Shown: piece by piece, positions 1-13,890 of the stretch
Numbering within the stretch: the first letter of the stretch is position 1
How the letters are laid out: every line of letters begins with the position of its first letter
Assembly (NCBI GenBank): GCA_951406725.2
Contig: OX597816.1
Coordinates: forward strand, 69,440,001 to 69,504,000
Direction of reading: 5' to 3'
Source: Octopus vulgaris
Lineage: Eukaryota
Length of the DNA stretch: 64,000 bases
Made by a program: the position numbers and the translations under genes
The notes under the pieces: generated by a model
Told to the model about the DNA's origin: nothing
What the model saw: only the letters and a program-made list of their open reading frames with translations
The model's database searches: none

Positions 1-165
1 CTGATGTCGGTGTGTTTACGTCACCGTAACACAGCGGTCCGGCAAAAGAGACCGATATGAGTACTAGTCTTACAAAGAATAAGTCCTCGTTTCGATGTGT
101 TCGACTAAAGGCGGTACTCCAGCATGGCGGCAGTCAAATGACTGAAACAATTAAAAGAAAAAAGA
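1..165 (+). mobile_element. SINE family A, 3' portion (cut by window edge)
   Basis: Matches the 3' half of the full copies at 28801 and 37598 (GGTGTGTTTACGTC...AAAGGCGGTACTCCAGCATGGCGGCAGTCAAATGACTGAAACAA plus A-rich tail). Confidence 0.9.
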
Positions 166-543
166 TATGAGTGTATGTATATATAAGTGTATATATATTT
201 ATACATACATACATACATGCATACATATACCGTTTTAAAAGTGACACAAGACATTAAAAAATTGAAGGGAAGAGGAAAATGCTGCATTACATAAGGCGTT
301 ATCGATATCAACATGCCGAGGAACTGGAAAAGAGCATGAGATAGCGCTTATCTGAGTATCCTTTGACTACTCACTTTCAATCAGTTCAGAGCTGTGGGAT
401 ATATGATATAGTGATAGACCTGAATATTGCTATATATTATATCATATCATCCAATATGCACACACATGTGAAAATAGCCATAAACATTTTATTATTACGG
501 TTCTTGTTATTGTTATTATTACTACAAATATTACAATATTTAA

Positions 544-577
<34 letters not shown>

Positions 578-919
578 GTTATCATCACGATTATTATTAT
601 GATCATCTCACCTATCATCGTGATCACCGCCAATATTGCAAGCGGTAACATCATTTTGTTTTTAAATCTACATGAATTTATACATTTGCGGAGAGAAAAC
701 CATCAAAGCATAACAACAACAAAAGCAACAACAACTAAAGCAACTATTGCAGCAAAGCCACCACCACCACCACCACCGATACCAACCCCGTTGCCAAAAA
801 ACAACAAAAACAACAGAAGTAGCAGCAGCAGGAGCAATCTCCATGATTCCGGTAACTATAACTAGAAGAGAAGACAACCAAAGAAGAACTCAATTCGAAA
901 TACACACACGCGGCACTAC

Positions 920-1215
920 ACACGAACATATATACACGCATATATATAGCAAGAGAGATAAAGCTAAATATATATATATATGCACACTCACTCATACACA
1001 CACACGCACACATACACACACTCACACATACATACTTACTCTCTCTCACACACACGCACACATTCACACAATCACACGCGACAATACACATGAACACGCA
1101 TATATATAGCAAGAGACATAAAGCTAAATATATATATATATATACATACTCACTCACACACACACGCGCACACATACACACACTCACACATACATTCACC
1201 CTCTCTCACACACAT
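920..1215. repeat. Local tandem duplication (~162-bp period) in CA/TA-rich sequence
   Basis: ACACGCATATATATAGCAAGAGA(G/C)ATAAAGCTAAATATAT...CACACATACACACACTCACACATACAT occurs at ~934 and ~1096. Confidence 0.85.
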
Positions 1216-1547
1216 ACACCACATACTCATATATTCCATTACATATTAATAAAGATAATTTACAAGGATGGTATAGCAAATGTTTTTACAACTGTTAAGA
1301 AGAATTATCTGTGAGGCATGTACGAAACGTTGATATTTCACACTCAATTTCACAATTGTAATTTTATCGTACCAAACATATAAATGGAATAACGCATGAT
1401 ATAAAAAATAAACGTGAAATAAAAAAAAAAAAACCCCAAAATTGAAAGAATGTTACCTCTTATCCATATATCCATACGGAAATGCCAAACGTAATTTTAT
1501 CGTTCAATGCATCCCATTTCCTAACATGTTGCCAATACTGAAGTTGC

Positions 1548-1792
<245 letters not shown>

Positions 1793-2164
1793 TAATAGTT
1801 AAACCCTTGAATATATAACTACATACCAACATACATAAATATGTACACACACCTGTTTGTTTTTTCATGCATGAGTACATAAATGTATGTCTGTATGTGT
1901 GTTTGAATTTCTTTTCATGGTGTATATGTGTGTGTATGTGTGTTTTTGTATGTACATATGGAGTTTCAAATGCACATGAATAAATATTTACATGTATGTC
2001 TTTATACGTACATAGTTATATATTAGCGTACCAGGTATCTTAAAGATAAGGAATTCGGCAATGAAACTGGATTATCCTTGATGCCATTAGTGTAGGAGTT
2101 TCTATAATACATGTCATGTATAATATACATTGTATATACATGAATACATCCTCCCATATACGTG

Positions 2165-2270
<106 letters not shown>

Positions 2271-2632
2271 TTTTTTGTGTGTTCGAGTAAATATATATAG
2301 CACAAAAAATAAACAGAAGAAAATACTTTGATAAAATATCTTGAATAAAAAAAAGGGAATATTTCAATTTTTGTGAAAACAGTCTACTGGTTTCAATTGA
2401 TTTAAGTCAATTCAATCATGCTGTAGAAGAAAATGAATTAAACTGAAAATATTTAATAAAATTTTCATGTTATCAATTTTATATATTTGAATGGCTTTTC
2501 TTTACAAAATTCACATAAGGCTGGTTGTTTCTCTCTCCTGGTGGCAATTGGGTCGTAATAGTAGAAGTAAAAGTTTTATTTGAAGCAGTTGTCTTCTGTT
2601 CCTTACAGACATTGTTGATATAAAGGAGTGTC

Positions 2633-2974
2633 TAGTAGTAGTAGCAGCAACGGTAGTGGTGCCGTAGTCCTGGCCTTGTCAGTCTCACAAAAAGCAGCGG
2701 TAACGCTTAGACAGTGGTTGGATAGTGGTGATAATAGTAGTAGTAGTAGCAGTAGTAGTAGTAGCAGCAGCAGTAGTACTAGTAGTAGCAACAACAGGAT
2801 TAGTAGTAGTAGCAGCAGTAGTAGTAGTAATAGCAACAGCAGCAGCAGTAGCACTAGTAATAGCAGCAGCAGCAGCAGGATTTGTAGTAGTTGTAGCAGC
2901 AGCAGCAGTAGTAGTAGTAGTAGTGGTAGTAGCAACAGAAGCAGCAGTAGCACTAGTAGTAGCAGCAGCAGGAT

Positions 2975-3010
<36 letters not shown>
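2633..3010. repeat. (AGT/AGC)n trinucleotide array with higher-order structure
   Basis: Directly visible; accounts for the poly-S/poly-L/poly-T ORFs. Confidence 0.95.
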
Positions 3011-3029
3011 ATCTCTTACAAGATATTAA

Positions 3030-3850
3030 ATAGCTCTGGGCGTTTGCATTCCAAGCCATTGCAGTACATGATCCAGTTCTGGGACTGGTATAATTATCTA
3101 CGCCAAAGTTTAGTGCCGATCCTTTCAAAATCTTCTGTATAGGGTGAGTCATAAATAGTGCCCCGATCCTGGGAAGTTATGCCTTTCTTATTGTGCAGGA
3201 TATTACTGACAGTTTTGAAAGTTACTAAATCTTGATCATTTATCATGTTAGTACTGTTTGATACCCCAAACTATAAAACAAGAATTAGGAGTCAAAATAT
3301 CTCCCACCGAGAAAGTCATGCATATCGACCATAAAACAGGAATTAAGCGCTACTTCTAACTCGCTTTACACCAGTGCAGAGTGTCGGAACTCTTTCAGTA
3401 TCTCCCAGTAGCTCAGCTGTTCCACTGATGCAATCTTCTTGGTGTAGCACCGCTGAAATAAATCAATGTCCGCTTGTTAATTTGAGACTGCCAATTTTGA
3501 TTTCGGAATTTTCAGCCATTATTGGGTGCAAATCTCTTAATGATTTTCTTGGCATCGTTTTGGTTTTTTGTAGACGGAGAGCACAGTGGATAGCCGAAAA
3601 GTAGGTGAGACGTAGCTAACGTAGAGGAAACGAAGATTAGTTGAATGGTCCATGAGAATATTTTGTGGGCCAAAACGATTATATTTCGATGGGTGCTCAA
3701 CACCAAAATCTCTGATAGTATTTCACGCTAAAAAAGTTCTCTCGCAATTAAAGAATATTTCCATACAACATTTGTTCAAGGTTTGCCTCGTTCAGCAGTG
3801 TGCTAATACTTTTTGATTCTTTAATCAGAATGCATAAAACAGATGTGTGC
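3030..3850 (-). pseudogene. Highly decayed CR1/L2-type LINE ORF2 C-terminal remnant
   Basis: Minus-strand pieces SHLLFGYPLCSP and YTKKIASVEQLSYWEILKE resemble HLEYCSxxWSP and TKKIxGMxxLxYWxRLxxL of CR1/L2-type ORF2 (compare [19 protein letters not shown] at 40.4 kb). Many stops and frameshifts. Confidence 0.6.
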
Positions 3851-6800
3851 CCCTATCGCGAATTTGCTTCCTCGTAACGTAGAAAAATGTGTATTCTGAA
3901 ACTTTCAGATAATGTCTATTATTAAATATATACGTATGTATGTAGGTATGTATGCATGTAAGTACGTATGTATGTACCCATTTATCTATCTACCTATCTC
4001 TTTATCTCTCTCTAACACACACACTCTCTGCATATATATAGAGAGAGATATATAGATAGATAGATAGATATAGATATAGCATTCTCTGTATCTACAGACA
4101 CACACACACACACACACACACATAGACACAAACATACATACACACACATGCACGCATATATAGACGTTAGTGGGCTCTCGTTCATAAACACTGACCTAGA
4201 TGATATGTATCTACGAAAATAAAACTTGAAACAGGAAATGATGTGTGTCAGCTTGTTTTTGTGCATGCTCACCATTTTTTTTCATTTCAAATACCGATAT
4301 AATCGTAAGCTACACACTTTGATAGGTAAGTTGTTGAAATATTTATTAAGACATACCCATCTATCAGAAAGTTATGACAATTGAAATAGAACTCCTTTGA
4401 ATTTTCCCAAAATCCTTGCCCCAGTCCCAGGAAATCAAAAACGACACAAGTTGAAGCGTTATTAATACAAAGCAGAAATTCAGAGCGAGTAACTTATTTC
4501 TTCAAAAAAAAAACAAAAAAAAAAAACATTAAAACTGATATAACAGTATTGAACATAAAATAGGTAGGTGTAAAATTTGAGCCCAGGGAATTCTTTCAGT
4601 TATTTGGTAAAGAAGAAGTAAGTTGTACCCTGCAGGTTTGGATGGTATGAGCAAGGATTCTATCGGCGACGGCTGCTAAATATAAATGATTTTCATTAAT
4701 TTTATTAATTGCCGAAAAGATTATCCGCTGTACTAAATGTTATGTTTTGTGATATACTTCAGGAATATTGTCAAAGTCAACCGCATCTGGACTACTGTAG
4801 AGAGAATAGTGTTGATTCATTAGAATGGCCACCATATTTTTGACATAGTTATCAAGAAATTTGTTTCGTCGATCAATAGATTATACAGTGCTCCTATGCC
4901 ATTTGGCAAATTAACAGCATTATTTGGTAACGTGTCTAATTTTCGCTATGACCCATTCTTCCTCGGTGACCCATTCATTATTAATGCAAGTTTTTATAAA
5001 GGAACGGAAATTTGGTTTACGTATCTACTATTGCATTTTTCGAGAGCGGTTGCTGCTGCCAGCAGTATTTAATATGATCTTTCTTTTAGGTATATTTATC
5101 AAGCTGATGAGGGTGTGTTTTTTTCCTCTCCCTTGTGAGCCAGCATCTAGCCTTGTGTACAAGCCCTGACGGGATAAACTCATGCCCGTGCAGTAAGAAA
5201 ATTTAGTGGCGTTCTAACGTTAGCAGATGTTTAAAAGAGAGAAAAAATTATTTCTTATATTATCTATGTTGACGGAGGTGGTACTAGCATGCAGAAGTAG
5301 ACGATGATGATAATGGTGTTAATGACGATGTCAGTGACAGTCGGGTTGACGATGTTGCTGCTACATATTGAAATTTGTTTGCCATGGATATGGACGCAGT
5401 ACTTGGGAATTGGGGAAAAGATGTGTACCAGCTGCAGAAGTAGTGGTAACTACGAGGTCACTAATGTTAGAGCGATAAATAGGCTGTTGTTTGTAATTAT
5501 TTTTTTTGTCATGTTAGTGCGGCAGAAGTGCACCAGAAAAAAAATATTAAAAGGAATGACAGTTATCGAATGCACTGCAATATAATTCGTTTTCGGGAAC
5601 TGTCTTATAATTCGGTATAATAGCCTTGTCTTATAAACCAACTAGAGAGAGTCGTACTTGTATGTATGTTACAAAATATCTAATTTTATTTTGTGGCTAA
5701 GTCAAATCAATTGACATATTTACAAAGACGTTACACTTAAGCAGCATCAGCCTCAGAGCAAGTACACTGCACTAGACTAGCCAAAGAAAAATCATATGAC
5801 AAGAAATAAGTGAAAATAAATGAAATCTAACCGAAACGATATATTCGGTAACATAGACTATTATGCCTTTTGCAAGATTTTCTTTCATATGGCTTCCTAT
5901 AGAAGTAGCAACATTTCTCATGTTTTGTTATAAATATTGTTCATTCAAGAAAAATCTGTTTGCTCACATGTAACTTTATATTTGTAGAACTCACATACGT
6001 TAAAAAGTTAGAGCAGAACTTAGTAATCTTTTCTTTAACATAATTTTACACTCGTAGTTATACTGATTTCCATTGAAAAAGATATGAGGAGGTGAGTCGG
6101 TATTACTACCTAGCTGTGGGGGACTAATTTTGTGGTAAATATATAATACAGACGGCAAATTAACAACACCAGTCTGATTGAGTTTTATGTTGGTGTTTTT
6201 CAACAGAATTTGTGGTTGGGGCATTGTTCGTTACAGTTATTGCATTAGTTTGGCTCAGTTTTTTCACGCGGCTTTTCGTCAAATACAGAATTTCATAAAA
6301 ATGTAAACTAATTCGTTCAATAAATTTGTACATGTTACTACGCACATATGCCAGTAGATATATACTAATACTCTCACTTATCACATACAAACGCATACAC
6401 ATATATAGCCACGCCCATTGTCAGTGTTGAGCAATCTTGTTCACATGTTACCTAATCCAGCTGACACACTTCTTTCGTATTATAAATGAATATTATGCAG
6501 TGATCATATTCTGGTAAGCAGGTTGGTATATCATAACAGGAGGTGGTAGCGGTTAAGATAACAGGGAGTTGTTTAGCGAAAAAGCATGGAAGAGAAGAGG
6601 TAGTGTCTGTGATGGACGCATTCGTGCTCATGCATATGCACACAAAGATACATGCACACACATACACATACTCGTGCATGCATAAACATACACAAACGCA
6701 CACAATTACACACAATCGTACACATATATATATATAGAGAGAGAGAGAGACAGGGAGAGAGAGGTGGAGAGAGAGGAAGAGAGAGGATGAGAGAGAGGGA

Positions 6801-7699
6801 GAGAGAGAGAGGGAGAGAAGGGGGAGAGAATGGGCGCGAGGGGGAGATAGAGGGAGAGAGAGAGGGAGAGAGGGAGCGAGAGAGAGAGGGTGAGAGAGAG
6901 AGAGGTTGAGACAGAGAGCGGAACACTTTCCGTTACTATATGAATGCATCACCACCCTTCTGTAATGTGCATTCCAGTGAGTGTTTGCATAACAAAAAAA
7001 ACGTGTGTCAATATGTGTGTGCGTGTGTGTGTATGTTTGTGAGTGTGTGTGTGTGTGTGTATGTGTGTGCGAGTGACGCTAGACGTCCTGCGTATGACTG
7101 ACTAGGTCCTTGGAAACACACGGCTTTAGGATTGTCCACCTATACACATAACAAACAAAAAAACACCGAGAAGTTAAAATGCACTCTAGTATACACGCGT
7201 TGGTATATTCCAGTTATTGTACCTCTACATTGACCCAAGACACTCCTATTTTCCTCTTTTCAATGCGTATACTTGTATGGATGTATAGATGAACGAGGGA
7301 AAGAGTGGGGCGGGTGGCACTGCCTGGGTGCGTGCGAACAGGGCCTTATCCATCACTGCTCTCCCTTTCACAGACAAGAAATTGAAAACTTAGTTCCCAT
7401 GTACATATCAATACGAAATTGATTGTGCTAAATTCGAATTATATAACAAAAGTTTCCTTTCACATTACATTTTCTTGTAAATTACCGGCATAAAAAACTA
7501 TGTAATATATATCAATTTCCACGAGACCACAAATATCCTTTGCTCCCAAAATCAGATTAAATATGTCCATCCTAATTAATTCATAAATATATAATGAATC
7601 GGCATGCTTGTTAGCATTATATAATGTATTAACTTACATTTTAATATTTACTTCGTTTATATGACGTCTTACACGTGTCACGTTTCAGGTTCCAGCAGA

Positions 7700-8780
7700 A
7701 GTCGGCCATTTCCCTTACACCTGTTTTTCATTGACACTATATCTTAATGAAACCTCTTTCCATGTTCATCACTCACATCTCCTGCATTCTCTGGGAAGAA
7801 GGACAGATGCGAATATGTGATCTTGGTAGCACTTGATTAGATCCTCCATTATCCACTCTCGGTGAGCTACTTGGTGCTTTTTCAGACGTCCTCTGTATAC
7901 CTCTTTGAATGCATGTCAGGCCGCTAGGTCAATTTCATCCATTGTCGCCTTGAACTTCTCATCAGCTATATATGTTAACGAAAATGAGGGCCTACGAATA
8001 TGCCCTCTTTAATCTTTGCATCACTTATCTTAGGGAAGTTCGCCTTGAGGTACTTTAAACGTGACTTGATATGCTGCAGTGTTTTGTTAAATTGCTTCAT
8101 TACACCAAGTTTTATATTCTGTGGTGACACAATAATTACCTCCTTCTTAACTAGTGACTCATGATTTACATAATGGCATCCAGATGATGTACTTTTTTTT
8201 TACCGAGGTGGTCATTCTGAGAGTACTTGAGGTTCTTATCTGGCCTTAATCTCCCACTTGCAAAGGAAGAACATAATTGGTGTATCCAATACGTAGCCCA
8301 TTAAGTAGGGCTACTACTCTGAAGCCAACATAAATTAGCAATTGATGCTCCCTGTAAATTATGCGGTCTAAAATAAAAGTGAGGTTTTCATATATCTCTC
8401 TTAGAATGAGTGAGCAACTGAAATTGGCGGCATGGTGTTCCCAATGGGCAACATAACCCCTTTTATGCTGTAAATGGATGCATCTATGGATAACCTTCAC
8501 TCATTTGGTTCATAGGTCAGCTGAAGGTCATTGAATATTTCAATAAATCAAGTGGTTTTCCAAAGGGAATAATTGCTGTAGATCTGCAGAATGCGCCCTA
8601 AATACTGTAATTTGAGCATCTTTATCCAACAGGTTCCATTGTTGCCAACGTGAGGCCAGAACTTCCTTCTATTTCTTAGTAAGTGTTAGAATACGAGCCA
8701 GATCACTGAGTTCAGGTACGGTGATGAGGTGTGGTTTCTTGTCAGATTTACCACGGATTTGGACCCATATAACTATAAAA
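7700..8780 (-). pseudogene. Possible very decayed LINE reverse transcriptase remnant (RTE-like)
   Basis: Higher-complexity island with faint minus-strand RT-like words (LILREIYE, SLTYIAD). No continuous frame. Confidence 0.35.
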
Positions 8781-9789
8781 CATTGAGTGTACTTTTATAA
8801 TTTTCATATGTTATGTTGACAAATACCTTAGGAACATTCATTCCATTAAAAGTTTTATCCAAATCCGTTCATAACCTTTAGAGCTGTCCGTTTCGGCCCT
8901 ATCCTGTTTGCACTCAATTCCTACGGAATCATTAGTGCATTTAATGTAAGCATGACAGTAATTTACGATAACGTGGATGTCACAGAGAAAGAAGACGGAT
9001 GTTATATTCGTGATATAGAAAACAACCCTAGAAAAGATTATTCTCCTTTTCGTTTCCTTTTTCATTGTTATGGTGTAATTACAGGTGTCTATAGGTCTTT
9101 GTAATCTGAGTTACAAAGACGTAGTTTCTAAGTACATCTCTGTAAATATTTCTTTTCTAGTCGACTTTTATAGAAATGTTAACGTATGGAAGGAATTGAT
9201 CTCTAAAAACTCACATGGTAATAACTGTTCTCGTCGCATGTAACTATGTTATGGCATAATATATAAACTTAGGTTCTATATAAACTTAAGATTGATTTTT
9301 ATCTATTTTACGGATATTTGTTTATGACGTTGAACTAATTCATAGTTTGAAAACTGTGTATGTATTCTCGATATTGTGAATCATTAAGCCCCTCACATCT
9401 TTGTAACTTCTCATATTGTTATCCTTGATGTGGATTCCATTGTGCAATATTTCTGCTATGACATCTTCCTCATATATATATAAAGACATGATGACATCTT
9501 TAGACACCTGTTTAAAAAAATGAGCGACTTTCATAGTTAACGAATCTGTTGCCGCATGGCGGCATTTTACCTGTATCTGCATCAAGAATTTGGATATTAC
9601 TTATTTCTGAATAGTAAAAGTGTGCCCTTCAAATGAGAAATAGTGCAGTGGTAGTTGGTGCAGCATAGGTTACCGTCAAGATATTAATTTAGAATCAAAA
9701 TTTGGTTAAATTGATTTTTTTTTACGTTCTTCGTCTTTGTTACCATTTTGGTGTATAACAGTGTTGATTTGAAACTTGTAAGCATATAA

Positions 9790-9886
<97 letters not shown>

Positions 9887-10119
9887 AGTGCGTATATGTT
9901 TAGACACCTCATTATTTAAATTATATATATATGTATATGTATGTATGTATGTATATATGTATGTATGTATATGTATATATGTATATATCAATGTGTTTTG
10001 TATCTACATTCAGATGCTATATTCATGCTTAAATTCTCCTCAACAAAGAAACAAAACTTTCTCGATGGAATAAATAAGAAGAATAACAATAACAGTTCCC
10101 TATTACATATTCATTACAG

Positions 10120-10700
10120 AAAAGTCTTGCATCGAATTCCCCTGTTCAGCTTATACGTTGCGTGTTAACTGGTCACTTTCCTTCCTTGATCTCTGCAGCT
10201 TTTCGAGATTACTTCCTAAATACTTAATGACACAACCAAATGCACAAATAATTATGGGCACACACATAAATTTATAATGTTCTTAGAGAAGCTATACGTT
10301 TCAGAGATGTTATCTCTCATTGTTCTCTTTTCGACTTATTTTCAAAGAAACATTCACCGCAGAAAACTTCTATAACATTCAATAGAATTTTTTCTCTTTT
10401 TTCTCCCAGTCTAAAATGCCAACTCTATTGTGTTTGCATTTGGTGTGAGTTTAGGGAATGGTCCATCAATGTATCTTGTTTTTGGAGTATAGTTATGTAT
10501 TCCACACCGCATATATATTTTTTTAATTTTTCGTAGGGCAGTCCTTCCTACGGATGGCATTGTCTATTGTTTTACAAAAATCCTCATGTCACAATGACAT
10601 TATTGGATAGCTGCTTATACATAGAATATCTTCCAGAAATATGTTGCATAGTCAATATTTTCTGTTGCATGTTGAGTATTTAAGGTCCTTCACTGTATCT
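10120..10700 (-). pseudogene. Possible very decayed LINE RT remnant
   Basis: Minus-strand IRRKDCP (cf. GVRQGCP) followed by KYLGS in the expected order. Heavily mutated. Confidence 0.35.
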
Positions 10701-11251
10701 TTACTGAACTTCTTCTTCTTGTAATACAAAACATAGAATTTACAATATGATATTATGTAACAGAGAATAAGTGTTGATTAGACAGATACACTTATTACTA
10801 GAACCGTGCTTTCTCTCACTTGGAAATTTCACAAAATCCAAACCGATTGGCAATCCCTTTTACATGTTTTGCTTGAAACCATGAACTTCCCTAGATTTAT
10901 GATTATCTGAATGCGAGTTACTTTATGCATATGTGTGATTGTGAGAACAGCCTGCCCTCATGTAATGCCTGTACTTTTCATTTGTACATGTATGTGTTCC
11001 ATTACTTCTATGTATGTGTATATGTCTCGACTGTTTACGAAGTATATGCCATCAGATTTTATTCTTCTTTATTGGAAAACCCACGAATTAGTAGTTTATT
11101 TTCTATCTAACCCTGTTATTACATAGATAAGTGTAGTAACGATATTAGGTAGAAACGAGAAAATATAGCTGGCGTCTAGGAGCTTTAAATTAAAAAAATG
11201 TCATTGGTTCATTATAGCTTTCGCTTCTTAGACGAGAGTATATGTATACAT

Positions 11252-11384
<133 letters not shown>

Positions 11385-11972
11385 CAGAGAAAGAGAGAGG
11401 GGGAAGGAGCGAGAGTCAGCCAGAGTTAAGGTGAAGGAAGAAAAATGGAAGAAAGTAAAACTGATGGAAAAGTTATTACATCGCTCGAGATATTCAAATC
11501 CCGAGATTGTTGTAAACCGTATAACAGCAACATTACAAATGTTGTCCCCCTAAATTAGTACACTCGGAGTAAGTAGGAACTGAGAAATACTAGTGACCTA
11601 TTTACTGGAATCGCATTTCACCCAGAATTATTTAATTTAGAATATCGTATATATATTTAATCTGGAAGAACATATCATAGGTATTGTGTAGCATCACCTG
11701 CGAATTTCAAGTTTTATTCCTCATCCAAATCGATCAGTCGTGTTATCTACCGTATGAAAGGGACAATACAACATTTGATCGCATAATTTAGTAGATTTAA
11801 ATTAACCGGTTACAGCGACATGATGACCTTTCAAAAGGCGTATCAGTCCTCATAGTATTCAAGTTCGTCTTTTACAGTTACTGGTCATATTTTCTTTTAT
11901 TTCTCTTATACAGAGAGAAGATTCAGTAAATAAAGAAATCACTGCGTTTTCCCAGAATTCATCAACAAGGAT

Positions 11973-12104
11973 CTTTTCTACTCTAGGCACAAAGCCAGAA
12001 ATTTTGGGGATAGGGGCAGTCGACTAAATCGACCCCGGTAAGCAACTGGTACTTAATTTATCGAACCCGAAAGGATCAAAGGCAAAGTCAACCTCGTTGG
12101 ATTT
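11973..12104 (-). mobile_element. SINE family B fragment (Nin/Deu-like core)
   Basis: Reverse complement of GACTTTGCCTTTxATCCTTTCGGGxTCGATAAATTAAGTACCAG, shared with copies at 22.6, 23.3, 27.3 and 52.1 kb. Confidence 0.85.
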
Positions 12105-12659
12105 ATCAACAATGACGTCATTGGTATTAAGGTTTTATTTTTCTAGTATTTCTTTTATTACACAGAAATGCGATATATATCGGTCTGTAAGTTTGAGTAA
12201 AGTATGCTTTGTTTAAGAATTTAAACAGAGTAATCATCCCTCTATACATATTATTTGCCAGATTAAATTTTAAAAAATAACCCACAAGTTCGTTCTGTAG
12301 TATCTCCAAGAGTGTTATTTCACAAATATAAACTAAATTTCTTTGTATTATCTCTTCCTATCTTTCACAGATGCAAACTCTCATCGCTTGGTTTACTTCA
12401 ATATCTTCTAGCAGACACATTTTACTGTTATATACTGTGTTAAGATATTTAGTTCACAGTCCTTTAACGTGTGTTTGTATGTTTGCCTATCCGTATATCC
12501 GTTCACACCTATGCGCGTGTGTGTATGAATGTATATGGAAAGAGAGGGTAATATTAAGAAAGATTAGATAGTTACAAAAATATCTAAATCGTTGAAAATT
12601 CGATGGTTACGCATAAGGATAGATATATATATAGATCGATACACACACACATAGGAATT

Positions 12660-13060
12660 TTGGATGAAACATTCATAAGCTGACGAAATACCCTCATGGA
12701 ATGTGACCAAATGAAGTTTGGTCACAGCAGATATGATGACATCGTCATTGTGGTACTGGTTCCCAGCAAAGTATTTTTTCGTGCTGGGCAGCAGATGAGA
12801 ATCCAATGGGCCGAATCAATAATAGGGATGAATATCAACAAGTTAGAAGGTGTAGTCATGCACTCTAGCCATCGAAACCAAAGAGTTGTGAGCTAGAGCA
12901 TTGTCCTGATAAAACATGACCCTTTCGTCAGATATCCTGAGCCTTTGGTTTTGATAGCCTTTCGTAAATGCCTCAACAAGCTATCGTGATTCTCTTGAAT
13001 GAAGCCGTGGCATTTGTGAAGATAGTCAATAAACATTAAAAAACTGTGACCATATATGAA
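12660..13060 (-). pseudogene. Decayed mariner (Tc1/mariner) transposase, catalytic-domain fragment
   Basis: Minus strand reads LLRHLRKAIKTK..GVMFYQDNALAHNSLVSMA..LVDIHPY..PLDSHLLPSTKKYFAGNQYHNDDVIISAV, matching mariner QDNAxxH / HPPYSPDLAPSDYHLF. Frameshifted. Confidence 0.85.
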
Positions 13061-13475
13061 ATGATCTTGGCCTTCATGGAGCAGTTACGGAGGGGTGTTT
13101 CCTCTGCTTGTATTATCTTTTTCGCACTAAATATATACAATAAAGATTAATATGAACAGCTCGGCGCAATTGTATATCATAAAGCAACGGAACTAGATCC
13201 GGTTATAGGAAGACTAGATCTAATCATGTACCTTGATTGAGGGAATTAGCGTATCTTGAGTCGTTGGATAACCTCACTGTTGATGCCTACAGTCATAGGC
13301 GAAATTAGATGTAATCTGGGGATCCTCGAAGCGATGATGAGGTGGTTGCATCCATTGTTAGCTTGTGTGTATACACATTGTGCTCTTCCTATAGCATTAA
13401 TGGTATTTTTTTCTCTTATTAATAGCAATGTAGGGTTTCCGGCAACCTTAGTGACACTTAGTATGCATATATCTA

Positions 13476-13554
<79 letters not shown>

Positions 13555-13601
13555 ATATATATTGATAAAACGGTAAGATAACAAAAGAAAGAAAGAGACC
13601 T

Positions 13602-13649
<48 letters not shown>

Positions 13650-13695
13650 TTTACATAAGGATAGATATATATAGATCGATACACACACATAGGAA

Positions 13696-13890
13696 TGCCT
13701 GTGTACCGTTGGCGATTTCTTTCCTCCGTCTTCCCTTCTTTGGATCTTTCCTTTACCTATGTTTCTGACGAAGAGCTCCGCTGGAAACGTTGAACCCTCC
13801 TTCTTTCCTGAGTGTCCAATAATACTATACTTGTTCCACGTCCTCGTGTTGTTGTGTTTTCTCTTTGTGTTTTCATGTTTGGATTAACTT
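13696..13890 (+). mobile_element. Short non-autonomous PLE-end-like element with HHR-like motif, ending at (TA)n
   Basis: Homologous to 37228-37415 (-) and related to 57833-58020 (-). Contains GTTT-CTGACGAA-GAGC-TCC-GCTG-GAAAC-GTT-GAAC at 13761-13795. Confidence 0.7.
13761..13795 (+). ncRNA. Atypical minimal type I hammerhead-like motif
   Basis: Stem I GTTT/GAAC, core CTGACGA plus an extra A, stem II GAGC/GCT(G), GAAA, loopless palindromic stem III (AACGTT), GUU triplet. Confidence 0.5.

Noticed and set aside
2603-3152. Poly-Ser/Leu/Thr ORFs resembling mucin or signal-peptide proteins
   Set aside because: Open in several frames on both strands because of the trinucleotide array; no exon evidence.
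4640-6300. Faint Helitron/PIF1 helicase-like words (MPFGKLTALFG; APTTNSVE; SPPH..KIML), with similar hints at 49.4 and 51.0-51.2 kb
   Set aside because: Too degenerate to support without a profile search (tblastn or HMM against RepHel).
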